Source of the DNA: an uncultured delta proteobacterium
Lineage (GTDB): Bacteria; Desulfobacterota; BSN033; UBA1163
Reading direction: 5' to 3'
NCBI GenBank assembly: GCA_963827685.1
Contig: CAWHBU010000004.1
Span: 1 to 64,000 of the forward strand
Length of the DNA stretch: 64,000 nt
Within the stretch, counting starts at the first letter, position 1. Every line of letters begins with the position of its first letter. The position numbers and the translations under genes are program-made. The notes under the pieces are model-generated. The model was not told the origin of the DNA, did no database searches, and worked only from the letters and a program-made list of their open reading frames with translations. Below, piece by piece: positions 1 to 10,800 of the stretch.

Positions 1-200
1 TGCCCTGCCGGGGGTGCTATGGACCTCCTCCGGACATAACGGATCAGGGGGCCAAGATGCTAAGTGCTGTTGGTTCCATCATTGATTCTCAGGACCCCGA
101 ACAGATCGAAAAGATCATCGATGGAATCGTCGATCCCTTGGGGACGTTTTATCGCTTCGGCTTGCCTGCCTCGGCATTGAGGAAGAAGAGGTTTCCATGA
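1..200 (+). CDS. mvhG: 3' end of F420-non-reducing [NiFe]-hydrogenase small subunit (MvhG-like), partial
   Basis: Reading from nt 3 gives PCRGCYGPPPDITDQGAKMLSAVGSII...DPLGTFYRFGLPAS, the typical MvhG C-terminus; stop TGA 198-200 overlaps the mvhA ATG (ATGA). Confidence 0.85.
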   Translation, partial: PCRGCYGPPPDITDQGAKMLSAVGSIIDSQDPEQIEKIIDGIVDPLGTFYRFGLPASALRKKRFP

Positions 201-1660
201 AAACAATATCGATTGATCCGATCACCCGATTAGAAGGACACGGCAAGATCGAGATTTTTTTGAACGACCAGGGGAACGTGGAGAATGCCTACTTTCAGGT
301 CCCTGAGTTGAGAGGATTCGAGGTCTTCTGTTTGGGAAGACCGGTAGAGGAGCTTCCCCGAATCGTTCCCCGAATCTGCGGCGTCTGACCCGGAGCTCAT
401 CACATGGCCTCGGGTAAGGCCGTAGATGCCGTTTATAAGACTGACCCTCCGCGGGCGGCCAAAAAGCTTCGGGAGCTTTTTTATTCTGCCCATTATGTCC
501 ATAGCCACACCCTTCATTTTTATGCCCTGGCAGCTCCCGATTTCGTGTTGGGTCCTGATGCAAAGCCTGCTGAAAGGAATATCCTTGGTCTGATTAACAA
601 GGTTGGCTTGGAGATCGGAAAAGAGGTCATCAAGAATAGAGCCTATTCTCAAGATATCCAGAGAACCATTGCTGGACGCGCCACCCATCTGGTTTGGAGC
701 CTGCCCGGAGGGGTGAGCAAAGGTATCACCGAGGAGGAGCGGAAGAAGATTTTAGAAATGGCCAAGGTGAACCTGGAATTCGCAAAATTCGGACTTAAGC
801 TCTTCGACGATGTGGTCCTGAAAAACCAGGCGTATGTAGATCTCATTCTGAGTGATGCCTATCAGACCGTGACTAATTATATGGGGCTTGTGGACCGAAA
901 CAATAAGGTTAACTTCTACGATGGCATGGTCCGAGTCGTTGACACCGAAGCCAAGGAGATTGCCAAATTCAAACCGGCGGACTACCTCCAGCATATCAAG
1001 GAACATGTAGAACCATGGTCCTATTTAAAGTTTCCGTTCCTTAAGAAGATTGGGTGGAAAGGTTTTGTGGAGGGTCCGAAAAGCGGAGTCTACCGGGCAG
1101 CGCCATTAGCAAGGCTCAATGTGGCGGATGGGATGGCCACTCCTCTGGCCCAGGAGGCCTATGAGAAATATTTCGATACCCTCGGAGGGAAACCGGTCCA
1201 CTCAACGTTAGCCATGCATTGGGCGAGATTGGTAGAACTCCTCTATGCCGCAGAAAGGCAGTTGGAGCTCGTTCAAGATATCGAGATCACGGACCCTAAG
1301 GTGAGGATTATCCCGAATAAGATTCCTGACGAAGGCGTTGGAGTGGTGGAGGCACCGAGGGGAACTTTGTATCACCATTACAAGACCGATGAAAAAGGAA
1401 TGGTGACCAGGGTGAATCTCATCGTCGGGACGACCAATAACAACGCTCCGATCTGTATGTCCATCCGGAAGGCCGCACAGGGCCTGATCAAGGCAGGTAC
1501 GATTGTCACGGAGGGCCTTCTCAACAGGATCGAAATGGCCTTTCGAGCCTATGACCCGTGCCTCAGCTGTGCAACCCATTCCCTGCCGGGACAGATGCCA
1601 TTGCAGGTGGTCATCAAGGGCCCCCAGGGGGAGATATTGAGAACGATTACCAGGGGCTGA
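197..1660 (+). CDS. mvhA: Group 3c-type [NiFe]-hydrogenase large subunit, probable selenoprotein (TGA 386-388 = Sec)
   Basis: ORFs 197..388 and 404..1660 are in one frame: IDPITRLEGHG...PRICGV*PGAHHMAS...EAPRGTLYHHY...RAYDPCLSCATH plus a cleavable C-terminal tail. TGA occupies the second Cys of RICGxC. Confidence 0.9.
404..423 (+). promoter_or_regulatory. SECIS-like hairpin for mvhA
   Basis: ATGGCCT/AGGCCGT stem (one G-U pair), loop CGGGTA starting 22 nt after the UGA, G at loop position 2. Confidence 0.7.
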
Positions 1661-1720
1661 CCCTGATTTTATGTTGAAAAGGCAGTTAGGTGTGCCTTTT
1701 GGAACTGGCGGATTGAGACG

Positions 1721-2284
1721 ATGAAAACTCTGTTATTAGGATTAGGCAATCCCATACTGAAAGATGACTCTGTTGGTCTGAAGGTCGTGAGGGAGCTTGG
1801 AGAGAAGGTAACAGAGGAGGATGTCCATGTCGAGGAGGCGAGTTTTGCTAATATCGATATCCTGGAAGCTATTGGTTCCTATGATCGATTGATCATCGTG
1901 GACAGCATCAAGACCAAGGAGGGAAACCCCGGAGAGCTCTACCAGTTGAGTCTGGATGACTTCCGGTCAACCTTGCATTTGAGCTCTCCCCATGACATCA
2001 ACTTGGCCACGGCCTTGGAGTTAGGTAAACGCCTGGGAATGCACGTTCCCAGAGAGATTCGCATTTATGCTATCGAGATCGAGGACAATCAGACTTTCTC
2101 TGAGACCTGCAGCCCATCGGTGGAACGCGCGACTCCACGAATCGTGAAGGAGATCGCCGAAAGAGAGCGTTCCATCTTTGGAAGAAAAAGTCTTGGTTGT
2201 CGAGAAGAAGCACCAAATAACAAGCACCTGCCTTCGCCGGAGCGCTTCGCGCAGGCAGGCCAAATGACAAATAAATTCCAATGA
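1721..2284 (+). CDS. Hydrogenase maturation endopeptidase (HyaD/HybD/HycI family)
   Basis: LLLGLGNPILKDDSVG, IIVDSI, SSPHDINL motifs; the last ~25 aa run into repeat DNA and may be spurious. Confidence 0.9.
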   Translation: MKTLLLGLGNPILKDDSVGLKVVRELGEKVTEEDVHVEEASFANIDILEAIGSYDRLIIVDSIKTKEGNPGELYQLSLDDFRSTLHLSSPHDINLATALELGKRLGMHVPREIRIYAIEIEDNQTFSETCSPSVERATPRIVKEIAERERSIFGRKSLGCREEAPNNKHLPSPERFAQAGQMTNKFQ

Positions 2285-2376
2285 GGGAAATTCAAAATCC
2301 AAACAAAACTCTTTTGGTCATTTGGAATTGTGAATTGGGATTTATTTGGAATTTGGGATTTGAAATTTGTAATTTC
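2205..2376. repeat. Degenerate heptamer-repeat palindrome with a nested CCTGCC...GGCAGG insert
   Basis: A-rich arm (caaataacaagcac, caaatgacaaataaattccaa) facing a T-rich arm (tttggtcatttggaattgtgaattgggattt); insert at 2227-2259. Confidence 0.6.
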
Positions 2377-2451
2377 ACTCTGTTCCTGGTGAGTGTAAAT
2401 TTTTTTAGCTCCCTCAGGTTTTAAGGGAGTTCAGGGGCTGAAGGAGAACCT

Positions 2452-5400
2452 ATGGATCGGGTTGCATTGCCGGCAAAGAATGACAAGGTTGGAGCCGTCA
2501 TGGTGGTGGGAGGAGGCATTGCCGGAATTCAAGCCTCTCTCGACCTGGCCGAATCGGGTTATTTCGTCTATGTGGTAGAGAGGGCTCCTGGCATCGGAGG
2601 GGTCATGGCTCAGCTGGATAAGACCTTTCCCACTCACGATTGTGCCATGTGAATCCTCTCTCCCAAGCTCGTGGAGCTTGGTCGCCATCTGAATGTAAAG
2701 ATCTTGTCCTATGCCGAGGTTTTGGAGGTAGAGGGTGAACCGGGTCGGTATCGGGTGCGCGTGAAGGAGCACTCCAGATATATTGACCCGCTGAAGTGCA
2801 CCGGTTGCGGCGAATGTCCCCGGGTTTGTCCGGTTGAACTGCCCAGCGAATATCAGGGGGGCCTGGCCAAGAGGAAGGCCACCTATATTCCCTATGCGCA
2901 GTCCATTCCCAATGTCTATGCCATCCAAAAGGCGGAGAGGCCACCTTGTGTGATGGCATGTCCCGCTGGTGTGAACGTCCAAGGTTATGTTGCCCTCACT
3001 TCTCAGGGGAGGTATCAGGATGCTTTGGAGGTTATCAAGAGAGACCTTCCCTTCCCCGGGATATTGGGTCGGATCTGTCCTCACCCTTGCGAGGGGGTAT
3101 GCAATCGTGAGTTGGTTGATGAACCCGTTGCGATTTGCGGCCTCAAGCGGTATGTGGCAGACCGGGTGAAGTCCGGTAACGGTGATACGAAGCCTACGGT
3201 TGCTGAACGAAGGCCTGAACGAGTGGCCGTAGTGGGTTCCGGACCGGCCGGGTTAGCGTGCGCTTACTATCTGGCATTGCGCGGTTATGGGGTGACGGTC
3301 TTTGAGGCATTGCCCGTTGTGGGCGGAATGCTTTCCGTAGCGATTCCCGAGTACCGATTGCCAAGGGATATATTAGCCGACGAGGTCAAGGCCGTGACAG
3401 ATCTTGGAGTAGAGATCAGGGTGAACACTCCCATTGGCGGAGACCTGACGTTGGATGGGCTTTTCGAAGAGGGCTACAAGTCGGTTTTTCTGGCGATGGG
3501 CGCTCATGGTAATTTACCCCTCAACATCAGAGGTGAGGGTGCCAAGGAAGTTGTTTCGGGCGTGAAATTTCTGCGGGATTTTAATCTTGGCAGGAAAATG
3601 GAGGTTGGCCAAAAGGTTGTGGTCGTCGGCGGTGGGAATGTGGCCATCGATGGAGCGCGATCGGCTTTAAGGCTGGGCGCAAAAGAAGTGACGATTCTTT
3701 ATCGGAGGTCCAGGCAGGAAATGCCCGCCAGTGATGAAGAGATAGAGGCCGCCATATCTGAAGGGGTGACGATTACCTATCTTGCTGCTCCGATTGAGGT
3801 ACTGGTGGAGGAAGAGGGAAAGGTTAGAGGGTTACGGTGTATCCGGATGCGTTTGGGTCCTCTTGATGCCAGCGGTAGGAGTCGGCCTGTGCCTATCGAA
3901 GGATCTGAGTTTTATGTCGGTGCGGACATGGTCGTCGTGGCCATCGGTCAGGTTCCTGAGGTGGGTTTCTTGGAATCGAGCGGAGTTAAGATCACGAAGG
4001 CTGGGACGGTAGATGTCGATCCTCTCAGCCTGGCTACGAGTCGGCAGGCTGTCTTTGCAGGAGGTGATGCTCAGACCGGTCCGTGGATCGCCATTGGCGC
4101 AGTGGAAGCCGGAAAGCGCGGAGCGGAATCGATTGATCGTTATCTGCGCGGTGAGGATTTACGGCAGGGTCGGCAGTTACGTGAGAAGGCCAAACAATGG
4201 GATCTCAGTGGAATCCCTCTCGGTCAAGAGACAAGTCCTCGGCAGCGGATGCAGCATCTTTCCGTGGCAAGGAGGAAAGCTGGTTTTGAAGAGGTGGAGC
4301 TCGGGTTTTCAGAAAAGCAGGCCCTGGAGGAAGCGAAGAGGTGTCTCAACTGCGGCATCTGTTGTGAGTGCTTAATGTGCGTCGCTGCCTGTAAGGCCCA
4401 GGCCATCGATCACAAACGGGAAGACACGATCTTGGAATTCGAGGTGGGAGCCGTCATCGTTAGCCCCGGCTTCGAGGAATATGATCCCACTCCTCTCTAT
4501 GAACTGGGTTACGGAAGATTGCCAAACGTGGTGACCTCGACGGAGTTCGAGCGGATATTGAGCGCCTCGGGTCCTTTTGAAGGCCATTTGCGAAGGCCCT
4601 CCGATGGGAAGGCTCCCCGAAGGGTTGCCTGGATTCAGTGCGTCGGGTCGAGGGATCCCGCGAATGGGTGCGGCTTCTGCAGCTCTGTCTGCTGCATGTT
4701 TGCGATCAAGGAGGCTGAAATAGCGAGAGAGCACAGCGAGCAGCCTCTCGATTCGACCATCTTCTTCATGGACATGCGGACCTATGGGAAGGACTTCGAT
4801 CGATACTACGAACAGGCGAAGAAGGTCCATGGGGTGAGGTTCGTCCGTTCCAAGGTATATGGCATCGAAGAACTTGACGGAACAGGGGAAGTCTCTGTTC
4901 GATTTACCACGGAGGACGGTAAGACACGGCGAGAGCCTTTCGATCTGGTGGTTCTCTCTGCAGGCCTTCATCCGCCTAAGGAAGGCAGGGAACTGGCTGA
5001 GAAGCTCGGAATCGAGCTTGATCAATACGGATTCTGCAAGTCCCGTGAATTCATGGCCGTTGATACGTCGAGAGATGGAGTATTCTCGTGTGGGGCCTTC
5101 AACGGTCCTAAAGATATTCCAGAAACCGTGATGCAGTCGAGCGGCGCGGCGGCCAGGGCTTCGGCATTACTCGCCTCAGTGAGGCACACCCTTACGAGGA
5201 AGAAGGAGTATCCTCCGGAAAAGGACGTTGCAGGAGAGGAGCCCAGGGTCGGGGTCTTCGTCTGCAAGTGCGGGATTAATATTGCGGGTGTGGTGAACGT
5301 TCCGGATGTCACCGAGTACGCAAAGGCCCTTCCCAATGTGGTCTTTACGGATAACAACCTGTATACCTGCAGCCAGGATACTCAGGAGATCATCAAACAA

Positions 5401-6927
5401 AAAATCTTGGAACACCGGCTCAACCGTGTGGTGGTGGCCTCTTGCAGTCCCAGGACACATGAACCCCTCTTCAGAGAGACCCTGAAAGAAGGAGGGCTCA
5501 ATCAGTACCTCTTTGAGATGGCGAATATTCGGGATCAATGTTCATGGGTTCATGCTCAGGATCCGACGGGGGCCACGGAGAAGGCAAAGGACCTGGTCCG
5601 GATGGCCGTGGCCAAGGCGAGATTGATCGAACCCTTGAAGCGGATGGCGGTTGATCTCACCCCGAGTGCTCTTGTGATCGGAGGAGGGATGGCAGGAATG
5701 ACGAGTGCCCTGAACCTTGCTGACCAGGGGTTTGAAGTCAGCCTGGTTGAGAAATCGGAGCGCCTCGGCGGGAATGCAAACCGGATTTACCGGAGCTTAA
5801 GCGGCGGAGATGTGCAGGCATTCTTGCATCAACAGATTGACAGGGTCATGGACCATCCTAAAATCCGGGTGCATCTGGGAAGTCGGGTGGCCGATTCTTC
5901 TGGTTACGTTGGAAACTTCGTTACCCGATTAAACGTGGGAAACGGTACCGAAGAAGAGGTCCGGCATGGTATCACCATTCTCGCGATTGGCGGTCGGGAG
6001 TTCAAGCCGGAAGAATATTATTACGGAAAAGATGAGCGGGTGCTGACGGGCCTTGAACTGGAAGAGGGGTTGGCTCTTCATCCTGAAAGATATGCGAACT
6101 GCGATAATGTCGTGATGATTCAGTGTGTCGGTTCACGGAATGAGGAACACCCGTGGTGCAGCCGAGTTTGCTGCGCAAAGTCGGTCAAGAATGCTCTGAA
6201 ACTAAAGGAACTCAACCCTGAGATGAATATCTATGTCCTCTACCGGGATATGAGGACCTACGGGCTCATGGAGGACTTTTTCAACGAGGCCAGGGAGAAA
6301 GGGATTGTGTTCCTTCGATTCGATCCCGAAGACTCACCGGTGGTGACAAAGGTTCGGGGGCATGGAAAGGATCTTTTGCAAGTGGAGATAAAAGATGCCC
6401 TCCTTGGAGAAAGGTTTGCCATCCATACGGATCTTTTGCAGCTGGCCACGGCGGTCCTTCCTCCTGAGGATAATAAGGTCCTTTCTCAATTCTACAAGGT
6501 CCCTGTCAATCAGGACGGCTTCTTCTTAGAAGCCCATATGAAACTTCGGCCCGTCGATTTTGCAACGGAGGGAGTCTTTTTATGCGGCCTCTGTCATAAT
6601 CCGAAGAGTATTGAAGAAAGTATCTCCCAGGCCAATGCAGCGGCTTCGAGGGCAAGCACGATCCTATCCAAAGAGAAGCTGGAGTCAGAAGGGGCGATCG
6701 CTTACATCAACAAGGACCTTTGCGTGGGCTGCCGGGGCTGCATCGATGTCTGCCCCTATACTGCCATCTCCTACGTGGATGAGAAGGCGAAGTGTGAAGT
6801 TAATGAGGTCCTTTGCAAAGGATGCGGGGGATGCGCCGCTACCTGTTCTTCGGGAAGCATCGCTCTCAGAGGATTCAGGTTCGATCAGATCTACGCCCAG
6901 ATTGAGAAGGCCTTTGAGACATTATGA
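2452..6927 (+). CDS. hdrA: Large heterodisulfide-reductase A-type flavoprotein (HdrL-like: HdrA modules plus an embedded GltD-like NAD(P)H module), probable selenoprotein (TGA 2650-2652)
   Basis: 2452..2652 and 2671..6927 in frame (1491 aa): [26 protein letters not shown] (CxxU), [39 protein letters not shown]...CSSVCC, second GGGMAG module, C-terminal 2x[4Fe-4S]. Confidence 0.9.
2663..2681 (+). promoter_or_regulatory. SECIS-like hairpin for hdrA/hdrL
   Basis: Perfect 8-bp stem CCAAGCTC/GAGCTTGG, loop GTG starting 18 nt after the UGA. Confidence 0.75.
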
Positions 6928-7206
6928 GATTACGGATACGGTTAGGGTTACGAAGCCCGTTTGGTTTAGGATCAAAGAAAATATCGATTAACGGCGACAA
7001 CGCTCGTATCGAAGCATGAAGCTCGATCAAAAAGAAGCTCGACCATCCGGTATCGATAGACAAGTCTCGATACGAGCTTCGACAACGATATACGTTGATT
7101 CCTTTAAGTTTTTTGAGCCCAAGACGTAACCGAATGACGAAACGGGCATCTTTACCCTTGCCCTGAGACGAAACTTTTATTTTCTAGGCAACGAGGGAGA
7201 GATCGT

Positions 7207-7644
7207 ATGGCAAAGGAAGCGCAAAGTGCAGCGGGTTTCGAGCCCAAGATAATTGCTTTTTTGTGTAACTGGTGCAGTTACGGAGGCGCTGACCTGGCTG
7301 GGGTCAGCCGGTTACAGTATCCGGCTAATACGCGGACGATCCGCGTCATGTGTACGGCGACTGTTTCTCCGCACCATATCCTGAAGGCCTTTCAGAAAGG
7401 GGCGGATGGAGTGTTGGTGGCTGGCTGTCACATTGGAGACTGCCACTATATGAAAGGAAACTATATGACCATCAAGCGTGTGGCCATCTTGAAGGAGCTC
7501 TTGAGGTTTACTGGGTTTCAGGAAGAAAGGTTGTATCTCGATTGGATCTCCTCAGCGGAAGGCGTGAGGTTTGCCGAGGTGATCCGAAACTTTACTCAGA
7601 AGGTTAAAGAGATGGGACCGTCGCATCTGAGAACAACCTACTAA
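7207..7644 (+). CDS. mvhD: Hydrogenase/Hdr [2Fe-2S] adaptor subunit (MvhD/FlpD)
   Basis: FEPKIIAFLCNWCSYGGADLAG, IRVMCT, GADGVLVAGCHIGDCHY; all ligands are Cys. Confidence 0.92.
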   Translation: MAKEAQSAAGFEPKIIAFLCNWCSYGGADLAGVSRLQYPANTRTIRVMCTATVSPHHILKAFQKGADGVLVAGCHIGDCHYMKGNYMTIKRVAILKELLRFTGFQEERLYLDWISSAEGVRFAEVIRNFTQKVKEMGPSHLRTTY

Positions 7645-7692
7645 TAAACGCATAGCGCATAGCAAAGCTCAAGTGGCTCACAGGGAGCAAAG

Positions 7693-8502
7693 ATGAAAGC
7701 AATGCAGGCAAGAGTCAGGAAGCTGCTCGAAGAAAAAACAGTCGATGGTTTCATCGGCCTGAAGATTGAGCATGGGCACCCCGCGCCCTTTATGTTCAGT
7801 CGTGAGAATTTAGACGAGATGGAAACATTGGTCGTAGGAGATGTCCGGTATCCGTTAAATAAAGCCCTGCTTAAGGTGGCCCATCAATACCCTGAGCTCA
7901 CTTTTGGAGTGATGGTAAGGGGATGCGACGAGAGGGGGTTGATAGAACTTTTTAAGTGGAATCAACTTAACCGAAATCGAGTCGTCCCTGTCGGGGTTGC
8001 CTGTGCTCGTGAACTGGCCGAGTCGTGTGAGTGCTACAAACCCTATCCTTCAGATTGGGTGGCAGGGGAGAAGACGGAAGGGATTACGAAGAGCAAGCGG
8101 CTGCAAAAGATCGAAGGAATGAACCAGAAGGAGAGGTTGGGTTATTGGTTAAATCAGTTCAATAAATGCATCAAATGTTATGGATGCAGGGATGTCTGCC
8201 CCATGTGTTTCTGCGAAGTCTGTAGCCTCGAGGATCGAAATTTCATCTTGACCGGCAAACTGCCTCCCGAGAACCCTACCTTTCACCTGAGCCGGGCGGT
8301 CCATATGGTAGGCAGGTGTATCGACTGCGGTCTCTGTGAAGAGGCCTGCCCTTCGAACATTCCGGTGAGGACCCTTTATAAGAAAGTAAATGAGATTGTC
8401 AAAGATTTTTTCGATTACAAGACAGGGGAATCTTTGGAAGGAAAATCGCCTCTCAATCTATTGGGGGAAGTGACCTTAGAGTTGTCGGACGTGAATAAAT
8501 AG
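7693..8502 (+). CDS. 2x[4Fe-4S] protein, FdhB/FlxC-like
   Basis: CIKCYGCRDVCPMCFC..C and HMVGRCIDCGLCEEACP motifs; lies between mvhD and fdhA. Confidence 0.75.
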   Translation: MKAMQARVRKLLEEKTVDGFIGLKIEHGHPAPFMFSRENLDEMETLVVGDVRYPLNKALLKVAHQYPELTFGVMVRGCDERGLIELFKWNQLNRNRVVPVGVACARELAESCECYKPYPSDWVAGEKTEGITKSKRLQKIEGMNQKERLGYWLNQFNKCIKCYGCRDVCPMCFCEVCSLEDRNFILTGKLPPENPTFHLSRAVHMVGRCIDCGLCEEACPSNIPVRTLYKKVNEIVKDFFDYKTGESLEGKSPLNLLGEVTLELSDVNK

Positions 8503-8514
8503 AAAGAGGTAAAG

Positions 8515-10554
8515 ATGGAGTACAAGACAGTTTTAACGACGTGTGGTTATTGCGGGTGTGGATGCGGACTTTATTTAGAGGTCTTGGACGGCCAGCTTGT
8601 GGGTGCCAAGCCTTGTAAGACAGACTCTGTCAGCCAGGGAGGGCTCTGTATCAAGGGTTGGAATATCCACGAATTCGTCCAGAATAGCGAAAGGCTGACT
8701 CAACCCCTGATCAGGAAAGATGGGCAATTCAAAGAAGCCACCTGGGATGAGGCCCTCGACACGGTCGCTTCCCGTCTCAAGAAAATTAAAGAGGAGAACG
8801 GGCCCGACAGAATCGCTTTTCTGACCTCGGCCAAGTGCACGAATGAAGAGAATTACCTTCTCCAGAAACTGGCCCGGGCAGTCGTAGGAACGAATAATGT
8901 CGACCACTGTGCAAGGCTCTGACACTCCTCCACGGTGGCTGGGCTAGCCGCCGCCTTTGGAAGTGGGGCCATGACGAACTCCATCGCCGAGATCGAAAAT
9001 TCTAAGTGCATTTTCATTATCGGGTCCAATACGTCGGAAGCCCATCCCCTCATCGGCTCAAGGATTCTCAAGGCAAAGGAGAAAGGGGCCAAACTCATTG
9101 TCGCGGATCCAAGAAGGATTCAGCTCTCCTTCTACGCAGATGTTTTTGTCCGTCAACAACTGGGGACAGATGTTGCCCTGATCAATGGGATCATGAATGT
9201 GATTCTTAAAGAGAAATGGTACGACCGCAAATTCGTCGAAGAGCGGACAGAAGGTTTCAAGGAGTTTCAGAAGGCAGTAGAAAGGTACACGCCGGAAAGT
9301 GTCGAAAAGATCACGGGCGTTCCTGCGCAGGATATCAGAAAAATTGCAGATCTGTACGCCCGATCGGAATCATCCTCCATCATCTATGCCATGGGGATCA
9401 CCCAGCACATCACCGGAGTGGATAACGTCAAATCTCTGGCCAACCTGGCGATGCTCTGTGGACAGATCGGAAGGGAGAGTACAGGGGTCAACCCACTTCG
9501 GGGTCAGAACAATGTGCAAGGGGCGTGTGATATGGGTGGGCTCCCGAATGTTTATCCAGGCTATCAGTCCGTCTCCGATGGTCAGATGGCTGAAAAGTTT
9601 GAAAAGGCCTGGGGGACAAAACTCTCTACCAAACCTGGAATGACAGTGACAGAGATGTTGAAAGCGGCCATGGCAGGAGAGGTGAAGGCCATGTTTATCC
9701 TGGGGGAGAACCCGATGGTCAGCGATGTTGATATTCAACATGTGGAGAAATCCCTGGAGGCCCTGGATTTTCTGGTCGTCCAGGATATCTTCATGTCGGA
9801 GACGGCAAGGCTGGCAGATGTGGTTCTTCCAGGCGTCTCCTTCGCTGAGAAGGATGGCACTTTCACCAATACGGAGAGGAAGGTCAAAAGAGTCAGAAAG
9901 GCGATTGAGCCGATAGGGTCGTCTCGGCAGGATTGGGAGATCATCTGTGACCTATCGACCAGGATGGGCTACCCCATGCGTTATGATGATCCGTCGAAAA
10001 TTCTTGAAGAGGTGGCCCAGGTAACGCCCAGCTACGGTGGCATCTATTATGACCGGATTGAGACAGAGGGGCTTTATTGGCCTTGTCCGAACCGGGCACA
10101 TCCGGGCACGCCTTATCTCCATAAGGATCGATTTAGCCGGGGTCTAGGCCTGTTCCATGCGATTGAGTATCTTCCCCCTGACGAGCTGCCGGATAAGGAA
10201 TATCCCTATCTCCTGACCACCGGAAGGATATACGTTCACTATCACACGGGGACCATGACGCGTCGTTCTCCCTCATTGAACAAAGAGGTCGAAGAGGGAT
10301 TTGCAGAGATCAATCCCAGACAGGCCAAGGAATTGGGGATTATTCAGGGAGAGAGGATTAAGGTTTTTTCAAGAAGGGGAGAAATTGAGATTAAAGCTGA
10401 CCTCAGCGAACGGATGGAGGGGAATACGATCTTTATTCCCTTTCATTTTGTTGAGAGTGCGGCCAACAGGCTGACCAATCCCGTCTTCGATCCTATCGCC
10501 CAGATCCCGGAATTTAAGGTCTGCGCCGTGAAGATCGAAAAGGTGAATCATTAA
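8515..10554 (+). CDS. fdhA: Cytoplasmic Mo/W formate dehydrogenase alpha subunit, selenoprotein (TGA 8920-8922)
   Basis: TCGYCGCGC...LCIKG, NNVDHCARL*HSSTVAGL (classic Sec site), PLRGQNNVQGACDMG, LTTGR..HYHTGTMTRRS, PEFKVCAVK; no Tat signal. Confidence 0.95.
8933..8953 (+). promoter_or_regulatory. SECIS-like hairpin for fdhA
   Basis: Stem CGGTGGCT/AGCCGCCG (one G-U pair), loop GGGCT starting 18 nt after the UGA. Confidence 0.75.
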
Positions 10555-10765
10555 GACCCGTGGCTTATAGCGGATGGGTTTGAGGTTCGAATTCTGCCAG
10601 ATACACTGAGCACGGGAAATAGTAAAATAGTAAACAGCATGCCTCCTTATTTGGTCGGAAGATTTTGTCCCCGCGTCTTCCCATCTCCTCATGTCCCCAT
10701 CTCTTCTACGCTCCATGCCTACACCGAATAACTTCGACTAATTTCCATATTACTGAAAAAAAGTC

Positions 10766-10797
10766 TTGACTTTTTTACGTATTTATGTAAAAAAGTC
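10766..10797 (+). promoter_or_regulatory. Putative sigma70 promoter overlapped by an 11-bp inverted repeat (operator)
   Basis: TTGACT at 10766; GACTTTTTTAC (10768-10778) / GTAAAAAAGTC (10787-10797) immediately before ATG 10801. Confidence 0.55.
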
Positions 10798-10800
10798 GGC

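Noticed and set aside
1677-1696. sigma54 promoter on the minus strand (GGCAC...TGC)
   Set aside because: GG-GC spacing is 11 rather than 10 nt, and the other motif copies lack the GC.
197-10554. mvhA, hdrA and fdhA as nonsense-mutated pseudogenes
   Set aside because: All three stops are TGA, fall on conserved Cys positions and are followed by SECIS-like hairpins; Sec recoding is far more parsimonious.
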